A stretch of 63,324 nucleotides of DNA, filler included, from Platydemus manokwari (lineage: Eukaryota): the NCBI GenBank assembly GCA_037951405.1. It is 6 parts of 6 records of this genome, joined end to end, with 100 filler letters (N's around TTAATTAATTAA, not from the genome) between each part and the next. Parts side by side here need not be neighbours in the genome. Positions count along the whole stretch, not along the records: positions 13,129 to 23,296 come from JBBMOY011162102.1; positions 23,397 to 35,621 come from JBBMOY010236672.1; 4 more parts are not named here. The stretch is one strand, 5' to 3'. The notes below the pieces were generated by a model. The model was not told the DNA's origin, did not search any database, and saw only the letters and a program-made list of their open reading frames with translations. Position numbers and translations under genes: made by a program. Positions 13,129 to 25,154 of the stretch are shown in pieces. The stretch's first letter is position 1. Each line of letters opens with the position of its first letter.

Positions 13129-13431
13129 TTTGTTATTATTATTATTATCATTATCACAATTATTATTATTATTTTTAATGTTACTATCATGTTACCTCAT
13201 TATCGCCTTTAGTCTTAATGTGTTAATGTTATATCTTTTTATTGTTGATTTCCGTCTATTCTATACACTATATTCGCAAGTAGCTCATTGACTAATTCTT
13301 ATCAAAAAGGCAAATATCAAATTGTTAGATCGAATTGATAAGTCAAATGTTATTAGGATGTTAATCAAATTGATAAATCAAATGTTCAAATGCTATTGGG
13401 ATAGAATTGAAATGGTTTGCTGTAATGAATG

Positions 13432-13560
13432 TTTGATTGAGGGCGACTGTTAGATAATTGGATTGGTCTGTTGGGGATTATTTGATTGAGGACGATTGTG
13501 GAATAATTGAATTATTCTGTTGGGAATTATTTGGTTGAGGACGATTGTGAAATAATTGGG
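13432..13560. repeat. 49-bp tandem repeat, ~2.6 copies
   Basis: The unit tttgattgaggacgattgtggaataattgaattattctgttgggaatta starts at 13432, 13481 and 13530. Confidence 0.85.
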
Positions 13561-13699
13561 TGATTGAGTTCGGTTATTGTGCGGATCATTTAATTCGGAT
13601 TTGGGATTAATTAGATGACTGGTTACTGTCGGTGGGGTTTAAATATATTGTTGTTGAATATATAGTTGTTCTATCTTGCAGATGATGAAGATGAAGGTG

Positions 13700-15440
13700 C
13701 ATCCTCAACACTACTTTGGGGGTCAAAAAGACGCGTCCTCGTGGACACTTTTCTTACTGAAGGCTTGCCTCTTGATTGCCTTTTTCCTGGGCTTCGCCTC
13801 GTTATTTTGATTCTTAGTGAGGGTATGAATTGATGTAATCACGGGACTTGACTGTTCAAATCTACATCCGGATTTACTTTGGGATATTGATATACAGTTC
13901 TTTTCCCTTCAACATCTTGGGTAGAATTTTCATTGGTTGTCAATATTGGAGAGCAATTCATTCCTCTTCTTTTATCCACTCTTCATATTCATGGAGTGAT
14001 TCCTCGATTCTTAAGGCTTCATCTAAGATGTTAATCATTTCTTCGTTTATTTTTAACTCCGTATTCTTTGTTTCCACGGATTTCTTTTCCACCTCTTTCT
14101 TATTTCTTTTGATATTTTCAGCTCCGAGGTTTTCATGATTACTTGTTGGCCATCTTTGAATTTTTCTGGGGGATGATATTCCTCTCCCAGATGCTGCCTG
14201 ATCATGTGGTCATACGACCTTTTAGCAGGCATTGATTTCTTATCTTCCATTATTTCATCTAAAGGGATTAATTTCCAAATTCGCTGATCCCTTTACTCTC
14301 GCACTATTGTCTTTGGTGCAATTGGGTTTGGATCAACCCATTCTAGTATAGCCGGGGCCTTGGTTATCTCTTGCCTTTTCAATTCCGTCATTTTTTCCTC
14401 CGCCTTGCGTTTTTGGTTGTTTACTTCGTGATCGGTCCACTGGGGTTCCAACTTCCAATATATGTCTCTAATCCCCGCTAAATGGTCTACTATGTCTTCT
14501 TTTCTCATGGCTCTTTCCATGATACGATAATAAATATCTCTCAATCGCAACAGATAGGCCATTCTTATTTTTTTTGTTCCTCCAAAACGGTATTCATCGT
14601 TTACCGCCTCGTTTACTGCTGGCACTCCGTCCAAATCTCTGAGACTTAGGATTTCCGACATCCTGCTCTCCAGCGTCTCTAACTTTTTCTTTAAGTTGTG
14701 ACCTACTACAATTCGGCCTCTCCACATGTGCATGATATGCACTTTGATTTCTTCTGCATCGGGCTGGCCTCTGAACTCGTAATAGCCTAACCCACTTTGT
14801 TCCATAAAATATTTCAATATCTCTGATCTCGAGCATAATTTTGAGCTAAAGATCATGTTGCCCTCATAGTAAATAATTCCCACCCATGTGGGATGATGTT
14901 TTCCATAGTAGTCAAGTGCCAATTCGGCATCCAAAAATATTACATATTTTCTCTCTTCTTTGAACGTTAAGTTTCTTCTTAAGAATGATAGTTGTCTCTT
15001 TGCTGCTTCGAATGGCAGCTCCATCGATGATGCCAACGGTCTCTCTGGCACACCAATCATACATCCGAACCGTTCGGGAAGTTGTTCTAGCGCCAATACA
15101 ACTGGTAGATCTGAGGCACTGTGTATAACTCCTAAGAGATGGCATTCCGCTTCTGCTTAACCTCATTGACAGTGACTGATTCACTGTATGTATTACAACA
15201 TGTGTCGTTTCTTGTGACACTTTCTTCATCAATCTGGAATCTGGATATCGTGATGCTATGATAGATCATCATCACTCGATTTCTCTTTGACGATGCCTTC
15301 AATTTGTTTGGCATCTCTTCTACTTTAAGGATTTCCTTCACCCCTACTTTACAGTAGCTTCCTTTTATTATGGATTGTTGGATTGCATTGTAGAATCGTT
15401 TTGGGTGGTGAACGACTTGAATTTGTTGAACGTCAATCTG
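13700..15440 (-). pseudogene. decayed long ORF containing a REX4/ISG20-like DEDD 3'-5' exonuclease fold
   Basis: ORF 14293..15096 has YVIFLDAE (ExoI DxE), MWRGRIVVGHNL (cf. REX4-type GRILVGH) and LRD. It reads in frame through TAA 14293-14295 (KTIVRE*RDQRIWKLIPLDEIMEDKK) into ORF 14053..14250. It appears frameshift-linked to 15132..15812 upstream. Outer boundaries are approximate. Confidence 0.55.
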
Positions 15441-15854
15441 AATCGAAAGAACCATTAATATCATTAATATTATTATTAATATGTTGTTACTCATTGCATA
15501 ATTAATTAATTTAATTATCATTCGTGTTATCATTATCATTACTATTACTTTATTTGCCTCTGTGCGTGCAATCGCTTCTGGGATTCTTCCGCAGATTGTG
15601 GCGAAATGCAACTTGTTGCAACAAATGATTTCATTTAATAATAAGGGGTTTATCATTTTATCATAATTTAATGTCCTAATATTTTTATAAATTTTTGATT
15701 TCCTCATGATTTTATTTATTTGATTATTATCAATCATCATGCTTTTACTGCTCTGCTTTATCAATTGGACTATCATAAGATAAATAAAGATAATAATTAA
15801 TATAAATAACATATATTGAATTATTTTACAAATCGACTTCCTATTCTTTAATTG

Positions 15855-16260
15855 CTATAACTCCGTCTCGTGGAATCCCGTATATAGCGGATTCCTTTGT
15901 CCTCTTCTTGTTTCTATGCATTTGTGGTATATGTAATTTCCCATGAATAAAATTAATGCTGCCATTATTATTGATAAAACGGCTTCTCCAACTATGAACA
16001 TAATTGTGTTTAGTGAGAAAACTATTTCCTCTATCTTCTGAGTTCTCATTCTTTGTTTGTCTGTGGTCCTTATTTCTTCTTCATATACCTTTCTTGTTGA
16101 TAACTCTTGTTCGACTGTTGTTGATTATTCATCTTCTGGATTAATTATTATTCTTCGTACATGATGCGTAGTATTATTCAATACCGTTTCTCCTATTTCT
16201 TCATAAAAATATACAATAATCTCTGCTGTTGAATTTTGAAGTTGCAAAATAACATTTGTA
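15855..16260 (-). pseudogene. decayed single-pass (type I-like) membrane protein ORF with a cytoplasmic NPxY motif
   Basis: The hydrophobic segment IMFIVGEAVLSIIMAALILFMGNYIY is followed by a basic tail with NPLY. An upstream broken frame (...LQNSTAEIIVYFYEEIGETVLNNTTHHVRR...) has N-glycosylation sequons. Confidence 0.4.
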
Positions 16261-16348
16261 TTATGTTATAAAAGGGAAAATAAATTTTATAATTTGGCTT
16301 TTATTGTTATCATTGTATATTGATATTTGTTTATTGATATAGGAGCCC

Positions 16349-19054
16349 TCACTTACCGGCTTGACATTGCGCTTCAACCAGTAGTAAATAGAACTGCAAC
16401 ATTAGAATCCAGCGTAAATAATTCATCAGAAGCGGATAAAAGATAATTTCCCTGTTTTTAAAATACTGGAACGACAGGAATTCCAAAACATCTTCAATCT
16501 TATCGATTCCGAGGGCCCTACCAATAAAAGGATCGAGTACTAGAAATTTTCGACATTGAAATTCTTTTTTACATAAGGCCATCATTTGTCTTTTTGTAAA
16601 GATTATGTGGTCATCTTGATTTTCTGCAATTTCCGGTCCCATCCCTGTTGATTGTTTAATCGAATCTTCTGAAATGTTTTGTTTACATTTTCTTCTGATG
16701 GTTCTGACGTCTATGCCTATGCATGATTGGTTATTAGCTACGCAATTAATGTGGCCGCATATTAATGGGCTGCAGTCAAAGTTATTTGTTTGTAATTGCC
16801 GTCCTTTCTTATCAAAGAAGTTTCTTTTTATCTTTGAGTTTTTCCAAAGTATGTTTTCGTATTTGATGTGTTGCATATCTTCTTCGCTTTGATTTCAGCT
16901 TCATTTAAGAATTCGTCACTACTCAATGGGTCAAGTATACCTTCCCTAAATGGGTACATCACTAGTAGCGTCCAGTATTGGTTTCGTACTTTAATTGGAG
17001 CAAGGACCGTTTTACATGTTGTGAGCTTCATGGGATTGATACTAACTTCACTGAGATTGCCTCCATTTGTAATTAATTCTGCAACATAGCTACTGATGAA
17101 CATTTTAATCATTTAATTTAACTTGTGTTGATACATATTTATCAATCTGGTCTCCGAAGAACCATTCGGTATACGACATTGAGGCCCTTTTGTTCGCTCA
17201 GGACGAGACCCCAGTGGAATCCCAACAAAAGTCAGATTCCGTGTAGCTCTTAGTGCAAGACAAGGAGTACTCCTCATTATCTAACAACCTTGAGCTGGGG
17301 ATGGTTGACAGGGATCGATTCTTGTTTATGTTTTTTGGTGTCGACGCTATGGCCTGTTTATCCATTAGGCTCAGCATTTTTTCTTGACTCGTAGTGAATT
17401 TTTTGATTTTGACTTCTTTAATCACTGGGTCCGGTACTTCTTCGTGAGATACACAGATCTTTTGAGTTTTATTTTTGGTGTATTCTGCCATGAGCTTGTC
17501 CTTAATTTTTTCTTTTTCTAATTCAAATCTTTTGATGAGTTGGAGAACATCAGACCTATTTTTTGCTGGGGAACCGTAGAACTTATCCAATACTATCGCA
17601 TTATCAATTCTCAATGACGATAGAGAAGATGCTGCCGTATTGATTTTAATGTGTGTTTTAGTGGAATGTGAGTTCGATTCATTCTCCAGGCCTATGGTAG
17701 GCAACTTTGTTTGCGCAGCTAAGCTAATCATTTCGAGGTTTGTCTCTATATCTTGTATTCTGGTCTTGCTTATATTTGTGTTGAGGATATCCAAGTTCAC
17801 GTGATTTGTGGTTACTATATCGAGATCAACTTCGTTCAATTATTTGGCTATAGGATTCGCGATGTTTTCCGTGAAATTGCCAAGATCAATTATATTGTAT
17901 GAGCTTTGATCGTTGAGGTTACTTCTTTTATCATCATTCAAAGTATTAGTTGGCCGAAATATATTTTTTAGAGTTTCCATGATTTTATCAGTAACCTTAT
18001 CTTCTACTCCATAATTACGAAGATTATTTTTGAATTGCAATAGTGCGTCGTTAATCTTTAATGCTGGGATATTATTAGGGTTACAGATGAGACCCTTAGC
18101 ATTTGTTTTAATGTTCGTTAGCTTCACTTTGCTGTCTTTTTCCTTTTCTCCAATGATTTTACTGAATTTATCTAAAGTTGTTTTGAGATGCTGTTCATCT
18201 TTGAGCGATTCAATGTAAATTTTAAGAGACCATGACTTGTAGGAGTTAATAGTAGCAGAAATAAGAGGCCTCCGTTTTTCCTTGAAATGAATTTCATTTT
18301 TTTCTTCCATTTTTCTTGTAGGGTCAATACGTGATAAGTTTATATTCGTTTTTTGATTTTCTGATTTAAACTGTGGGGTATGAACTCGTGAGCCAGATTC
18401 CTTTCTGAAGTTTCTTCGTGTTTTCCTCCTTATCATTTTGAAACCTTCATCATTAAATGTAGTTGGACTTGGTTCCTTGTTTGAATTCATGTTGCTTGAT
18501 TTCCGTATGCTTGACATTTTTTTCTATAGCCATCCTTCCAGTTCACAGATTTTGCAACATTTGAATAGGATGGTCTTCCATTGAAATGGTATTGTCTGTT
18601 CTCTAATTGAGAGTATTCATCCTTATTTTCAATCGGGTAATTCGCTAAGAATTTCTCCAAAACTCTGGCCAATCGATTTATTTGTTTGCGTGCATCCAGT
18701 GTACCATTTTCTCCAGCTTCGAAGCTAGAGGGTTATGATATTCTGTTAGCATTTTTCTTTGAATTGTGGTCATTGTAATGCTGGTCAACATTTTTTAAGT
18801 GCTCGTCGTAATTGTCTAACCTTTCGAGTTGTCCACTTTGTCGAGTAAGTTTAGGTAATTTGTTTAGTAGATTTTAAATACTTCTTGTTGGAGTTACTCC
18901 TGGGTCTGGGTTCATAATTTGGCTTGCCATCCTTGTAGGAACACTCGTCAAAATCATCTTTAATGTTAGATGACGAAATATTTTCTAATGTATTGACCAA
19001 CTGATGAGAAAGCATTATAGATTTAATATTTATTAGCTTCGCGGAAAATCGCAA
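16349..19054 (-). mobile_element. disrupted ~900-codon polyprotein ending in tandem Ulp1-like (C48) protease domains; resembles the N-terminal half of a NeSL-clade non-LTR retrotransposon, with RT missing
   Basis: ORFs 18851..19054, 18487..18672, 17840..18517, 17198..17839, 16828..17112 and 16349..16876 abut through stops or frameshifts. Motifs are APIKVRNQYWTLLV...ILDPL and QTNNFDCSPLIC (first domain), then FLVLDPF...IIFYPLLMNYLRWILM (start of a second domain). Confidence 0.6.
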
Positions 19055-20203
19055 TTGAAAGGGTTTCTAAATCTAGATATTTCTGATTAATAGTAATTTT
19101 CAGGTTTTACTGAATTTCGATAATGTAATCTTCAGTAGTTTTTAATATTTCAAAGTCGCACGTAGTGGACTCGATTCAAACAATTAGAAAAGTAATACTA
19201 TGTTATTTAATACACACACTATAAGTTACGTAATTCAATGTAAAGCATCATTTAGTCTTCAATTTTATCCATCAAATTAATGTACTTGGCTTGAGTTTAT
19301 TTATTTTTTGTTGCCTCTTTTTTTCAAGGTTTTGGGATTATTATCTCTTGTTCTAATTATATTGTGAGTTCTATACCACCAGTTGAAACGCGATGTTAAT
19401 CTGGTAGGTTTGTGCACTTATATTAGAAACAAAAAAACAAAATACCAAGATTGTAATAATATAATCTATTTGATACCATCTCAAATCTACAAAATGAATA
19501 TTTCAAATTTCTTTTTGCAATAAAAAAGGTTTCAAATCCCTTTTATTAAATAATCGATTGAAAATTAATTTCGCATACGCTCGAAATCCAAAATTTTCTC
19601 AACCACCCAGTTTAAAAACGAAATTAAAATTAGTAATTATAGATATAATAATTATAAATATTATAATGAATTAATTCAATGACTAATTAATATCAAATAA
19701 ATTGTGAAAATCTTTTGATAATTACTGAAAACTGTAATGGATCATCGAAGTCTTATGTCTACTTACAATTGGAATTGATTGGAACAATCTACACTTTCAA
19801 TTTTCAGTACTTCATTTCATAAAATGAAGTGCGAATCGAATTTGTTGAAATTGAGAAAATGGTTTTTAAATTAAAACTTGACAAATTTTCAATTTTCATG
19901 TGTATAAACATTAATATATAGAATAAAATTGTTTTTATTATTTAGAATCTATATTAAAATTTTCATAACAATAAGCAGCTCTGAATGTTTTGAAAGACTT
20001 CTTATAAACTATACATGCTTTAAATGTTATTTCATTATACTTTTATTAAAGGGTAAATATGGAAAAAAGATTTTTTATTACTTTATAAAAGCTTTAATTC
20101 AATTAATTTTTTAAAATACATGTTTTCTGTAATTTTCTAAAAATTTCGAAATATATATTTACAAAAAGACTTTAATATCTCATTTTATTTCTACTTTGAG
20201 AAT

Positions 20204-21361
20204 TTATTTTCGATTTCTGGAAACATATGTGAAACCTTGAGAACAATTTCTTGATTCTTGGCTGTAAGAATTGGTGCCCGTTTTGTTCATTGAAGAGTTT
20301 TGATGTAATTCAACATTGGTTCTATTGTTATATTGATTACTTTGTGGATATCTTGTTTGGCGAGTATTCCATGAATCTTTATTAATCTCATTATTTGTTC
20401 TTATGTTTTGTGATTTTTCATAATTTGTATTATAATTACACGATACTGGTTTGGTCTGATATTCTGGAAACCTCGTTTCATTGATTTTCACATTTTCAAC
20501 TTTATTTTCAAACAAGTTGGCCCATTTGGAAGGTGCAGCATTTTGAGATTTTAAAACCTCTCTAGGTTTTTCATTAATTTTATCATCTTTAGGAATTACT
20601 CTTGGAGCTTGGCTTATAATTCTTGTGTGACAACTATCTTTCATTATATTTTCATTCATATTTTTATATTGTTGGTTATATCTATCATATTGTTCGAATT
20701 GGTTTCGTGATTTTATTCCATCGATTGGTTTCTGTAAGAAGTTATTCTTCACTTCTATTTTGCTCGCATTTTCCATTTCTACATGCTTTGTTTTTTGTAT
20801 ATTTTCGTTTCCGTTTAGTATTTTGATTTCATTTAATTTTCTTGTTTCTTCCTGAATTTTTATACGTGATTGCCAAACATTTTCTGTTATTTTAGGTTGG
20901 ATTTCTTTCGATTGATTATTAACTTGTATAGATTGTTCTTTATCCTTCGACATATGAGGAATTCTTTGTTCATTACCACCGGGATTCAATGAATTAGTTT
21001 TGATTGGATATTTAATATCTTTTCCATTACTTGTTTGATTCCTGGATTGATAATTATTACTGAAGTTCTGAAGAGCAAGAAGTTTGTTTTTATTTTCATG
21101 TTTCGGTGGTTCTGTTTTTCGATTTGATTCATGATTTTTGATATTCTTAGGAATATTATTTCTTATTTCAACATTATAATTATTATTCAAGCGATCTCCT
21201 TGTGAAGGTCGATGTGTTTGAGATAAATTATTTTCCAATTTATTTGGGAATTGTGATTGATTATTGTTCTTGATTAAATGGATTTTTGGTAATTTATCAC
21301 TTTCATCATCACTCAACCAATATGCATCATCCCATGGAATAGTGGATTCAATTGAATTCAT
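20204..21361 (-). CDS. 385-aa Asn/Gln/Lys-rich, largely low-complexity orphan protein
   Basis: Uninterrupted 1158-nt ATG-initiated ORF with no recognisable domain. Confidence 0.6.
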   Translation of the reverse strand: MNSIESTIPWDDAYWLSDDESDKLPKIHLIKNNNQSQFPNKLENNLSQTHRPSQGDRLNNNYNVEIRNNIPKNIKNHESNRKTEPPKHENKNKLLALQNFSNNYQSRNQTSNGKDIKYPIKTNSLNPGGNEQRIPHMSKDKEQSIQVNNQSKEIQPKITENVWQSRIKIQEETRKLNEIKILNGNENIQKTKHVEMENASKIEVKNNFLQKPIDGIKSRNQFEQYDRYNQQYKNMNENIMKDSCHTRIISQAPRVIPKDDKINEKPREVLKSQNAAPSKWANLFENKVENVKINETRFPEYQTKPVSCNYNTNYEKSQNIRTNNEINKDSWNTRQTRYPQSNQYNNRTNVELHQNSSMNKTGTNSYSQESRNCSQGFTYVSRNRK

Positions 21362-23296
21362 TTCAATAACTTTAATAATTGATAATCACATTACGAATTT
21401 AAACAAATAATTCATAATTTCATATTATGTAATCAAGATTACTTTTATTTCCGTAAATATTTCCTGAAAAACGATAAACAAATTCACAAAATATAATTCC
21501 TGAATATTTCATGCCAATGTTTTTCATCGAATTTTAATATATCGACACATGTTAATTATATACTAAGTAAAATACAAGTGAGTGATAATAAATAATAATG
21601 TGAATATAAACGATTTATTAAATTTCATCTTACATTAAACAGTGAAAGCTGAAGGTGATAAAATGTTAATAACATGATGACCACTAACTAATAATGAACC
21701 ATTTAGCACAGATATCAATACCGACCAAATATGACAATACTTGACAATTTGTCAGAGAAAGCAAGTTAGATGTAATTCTGATGAATATGAAATACCCTTG
21801 ATTTCTAATAATTTAATATTATTTTCTATCATTTTCATTTCCAAATATTTACATTTTTATCTGTGACCCTTTTTTGTATTTTCTCATTTCCAGAGATCTC
21901 TATCGAAATGAATCATTTATATTTTACTAATAAAATCAGTGATTTACAGTTGAGAAAATATTCTCCTTTGACACATCTCCTGATATATTAATGTTTTTAT
22001 TTATATTTTAGTATGATTTTATTTTATTCAATTAGCTATACAATTGGCTTTTATTTATTGATTTCTCTTTTTACCGGGTAATCAACAATAGACAAGATTT
22101 AATTTTACAAGCAATGTGGTAAAATTTATATTGATTTTTTACATTTTAATGATTATTTACATGATAAAAAAGAATAAATTAATCTTAGAAACTTGGTTTT
22201 ATCACAGAAATTTCATATTAAAAATATTTATTAACATTAAATTATATTTTATAAAATGTGGTAATGGATTAATTTTCAATTAATTAATTAATTAATTAAT
22301 TTACAATAATTATTTCATCAAACACTGTTATTTAAAGTGGCTTGGACATCGTCCAATCACTCATTATTTAATCACCTAAAAAGCCAGTGTAAAATCAGAT
22401 TCTTTTAGCTTTCTAGTTACCGGAATTTGTAGGTCCTAATTATTATATATTAGAATTCAATGACCTCTCAGATCTCGGCACAATGGAGTATTAAAAACTA
22501 TAAACAACAGTAGCTTCTAATTTAAAAAACTAATAAAAGCATGGTTATTTGTTAGTATCTTATTTGATATTTAATCGTTTGCTGATTATCATTTGTACAT
22601 CTTTTAATTCAACAATTAAATATTTTCATTTATTTCGTTTATTAATTTATATTTCTATTCCCGCGTCTTTGGAATAAGGCACATTATAAATATTAATATT
22701 ATTTTACTTTAACCAGCTAAATCATTCTGAACTCCAAAACCCGGTTAAACCGAACAGTAATGTATATATATGTTTGTATTTGTTTAAATTTGAATATAAT
22801 TTTGACTAAATAAATCTTAATATTATTACACTCACATATGACATCACCAGAAAATCTCGAATTAGTGCAATTTATTTTTAAAGACTGAAATGCAACTTAA
22901 ATATTAAAAAATCATTTTCACCAACTCTCAATCAAGTGAATATATAATTATGGAAACATATTATTATCATTCATGAATATTTTGAATTTGGATTCATAAA
23001 TGTTGTTTATGAAGTACATTTTATAATGATTTTAATATGAATATTATTACGAGTTCTAATACCACATATCTACAATTAATTACAGTTTTTTCATATGTGG
23101 TAATATCTGTAATATCGAAATTGATTTTAAAATATAAACGCTACCAAATTTTATAAATAAATTAGGAAATCTAAATTCGATAGCATTAGCCAATCGTTAA
23201 TATATATATTATCGATACAATTATAAAAGATAATAATAAATATGATGAAGGTAATAGAATAATTATATTTTGCACATATTTTATAATCAATTCATC

Positions 23297-23396
23297 NNNN
23301 NNNNNNNNNNNNNNNNNNNNNNNNNNNNNNNNNNNNNNNNTTAATTAATTAANNNNNNNNNNNNNNNNNNNNNNNNNNNNNNNNNNNNNNNNNNNN
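23297..23396. other. artificial contig spacer N44-TTAATTAATTAA-N44
   Basis: Same 100-bp spacer as at 13029. Confidence 0.95.
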
Positions 23397-23490
23397 ATCC
23401 TTTACGACGACCGGCGACGTTCGGCTCAGTGGTTGGATCGCGATGAAGCTCCCAAACATTATCCAAAACCGAAAGTAATCAACAGAAAGA
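23397..23490 (+). mobile_element. mariner transposase internal fragment
   Basis: Translates ILYDDRRRSAQWLDRDEAPKHYPKPK, the conserved segment that follows the mariner TGDEKW motif. Located at a contig start. Confidence 0.85.
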
Positions 23491-25154
23491 TAAGATTTTT
23501 TAATAGATGTGTCAAGATAAACCGGATGGCCAACCCTGCTAGATAATCGGTGTAAAAATCTATATATAAATTTACAAGTACAAACGTATTCCATCAAATT
23601 CATCTATTAGATATTTATTTCTCACTAATAAAAATAAATGATGGAAAAAATATTGTGGGTTGATTATAAAATCCAGTCATTCTTTTACACACGCAATCTA
23701 TACCGACATACCCCATATGTGTTCATTTGCTATTTTATCATTTGTACTTAACATAATAAATTCAATAACAAATTTGAACTGATTTGACCCATCAGAGTCT
23801 AAATATCAAATCAACCATTATCTTGGAATCACGTTTATGATTTATTTTTTTAAGAATCGAAATATTATTTTACTATACAACTTGATTATAAAATTAACAA
23901 GGAAATTGTATGTTATATGCTTCTTTAAATTTAAATAAAATCGTCATAATATGAAATCGATTGACATCAATCGTGGATTTTAATTAATTAATTGTCGGCT
24001 AAATGCTAGAATCAGTAAACGGATTGAAAATATTCACCAGCAGAATTTAAGGTTATCACAACAGAATACATAATATCAATAGCTTGGATGATTAAGTTCG
24101 AACTATGAAAATTTAATTAGCTGTTATGTTTTAGCACGTTTATATGTTCGAAAAGTTTTAAGTGATTATGATATCATATTAATGAGCCTGGATAAAAATT
24201 GACAATAATAATACTATTTAACAACACTTGGAAACATAATATTTCTATACATACACGTGTACAATATGTTACGAAGAGACAAATCACAAGAATTTTGATA
24301 TGACCTTGAGCCTTATTGGATCTCAATCAGAAAAAATACACACGTACACGAAATCATACACACATCTTTACTAATAAAGACAATTTCTATGGCAGTGTAT
24401 TTAATAAGAACTCATGGATAACATAATCAGTAATTCACAAAAATAAATATATCAAAAGCCAATATTGAAAGAACTTTTGTCATTCTGTATGTTATTATGA
24501 GTGAAATTTAATTTAGTTTGGTTATTTATAACTGGTCTTTTGCTAACTATTATTTGAGAATCAATAAACTCATTGAAATAATGAAATCATAATTTGCATT
24601 ATCATATTAATTATGTCATCTATGTGTTTCCAGTCAGTTTGGTATTAACTGATAATATTAGTTACATTGTCTCCCTGGACATTTGTTTACCCTAAATAAA
24701 TTCGCATTAAATGATAAATGAACTCGTGAAGGAGTCCGGCATGTACATTCAGACAGTCAAAGTATTTTACAAACAGGAAATTTTATCAACAGTTAAATTA
24801 ATATTTTTACTGTACACAAATTTTGATATTTGTTCATTGAATATAGTTTTTATAATAAATCCTAGAAAGTACTTTTTGAAACATCGTAAACATTACAAGA
24901 CTACCTTTGGTGAGAACAGAAACTTATTAATGCCCAGGGCTGTGGGATCTGATAAAACTGAATTTTTAACTGTAATTTAAGTAAATATTGATGTATAATC
25001 CTTATATTCTAGTTAGCTCAATAAATTTTTATCTAAATATCCCAAATTTAAAAATCAAATAATTTCCACCAATAGAATTACGATAAAATTAATTTTTAAA
25101 TATTTTTATGCTTATTTAGAGAAAAATGATAAATGATAATCAAATATAAATTCA

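Noticed and set aside
13432-13560. 49-bp periodic array as a CRISPR-like repeat-spacer locus
   Set aside because: The units are similar along their whole length with no unique spacers, the context is eukaryotic and there are no cas genes.
9072-19054. Stop-codon reassignment explaining the in-frame stops in several frames
   Set aside because: RPL7 and NeuroD end in TAA and OGDH in TAG with no internal stops, and the broken ORFs also carry frameshifts. This indicates ordinary decay.
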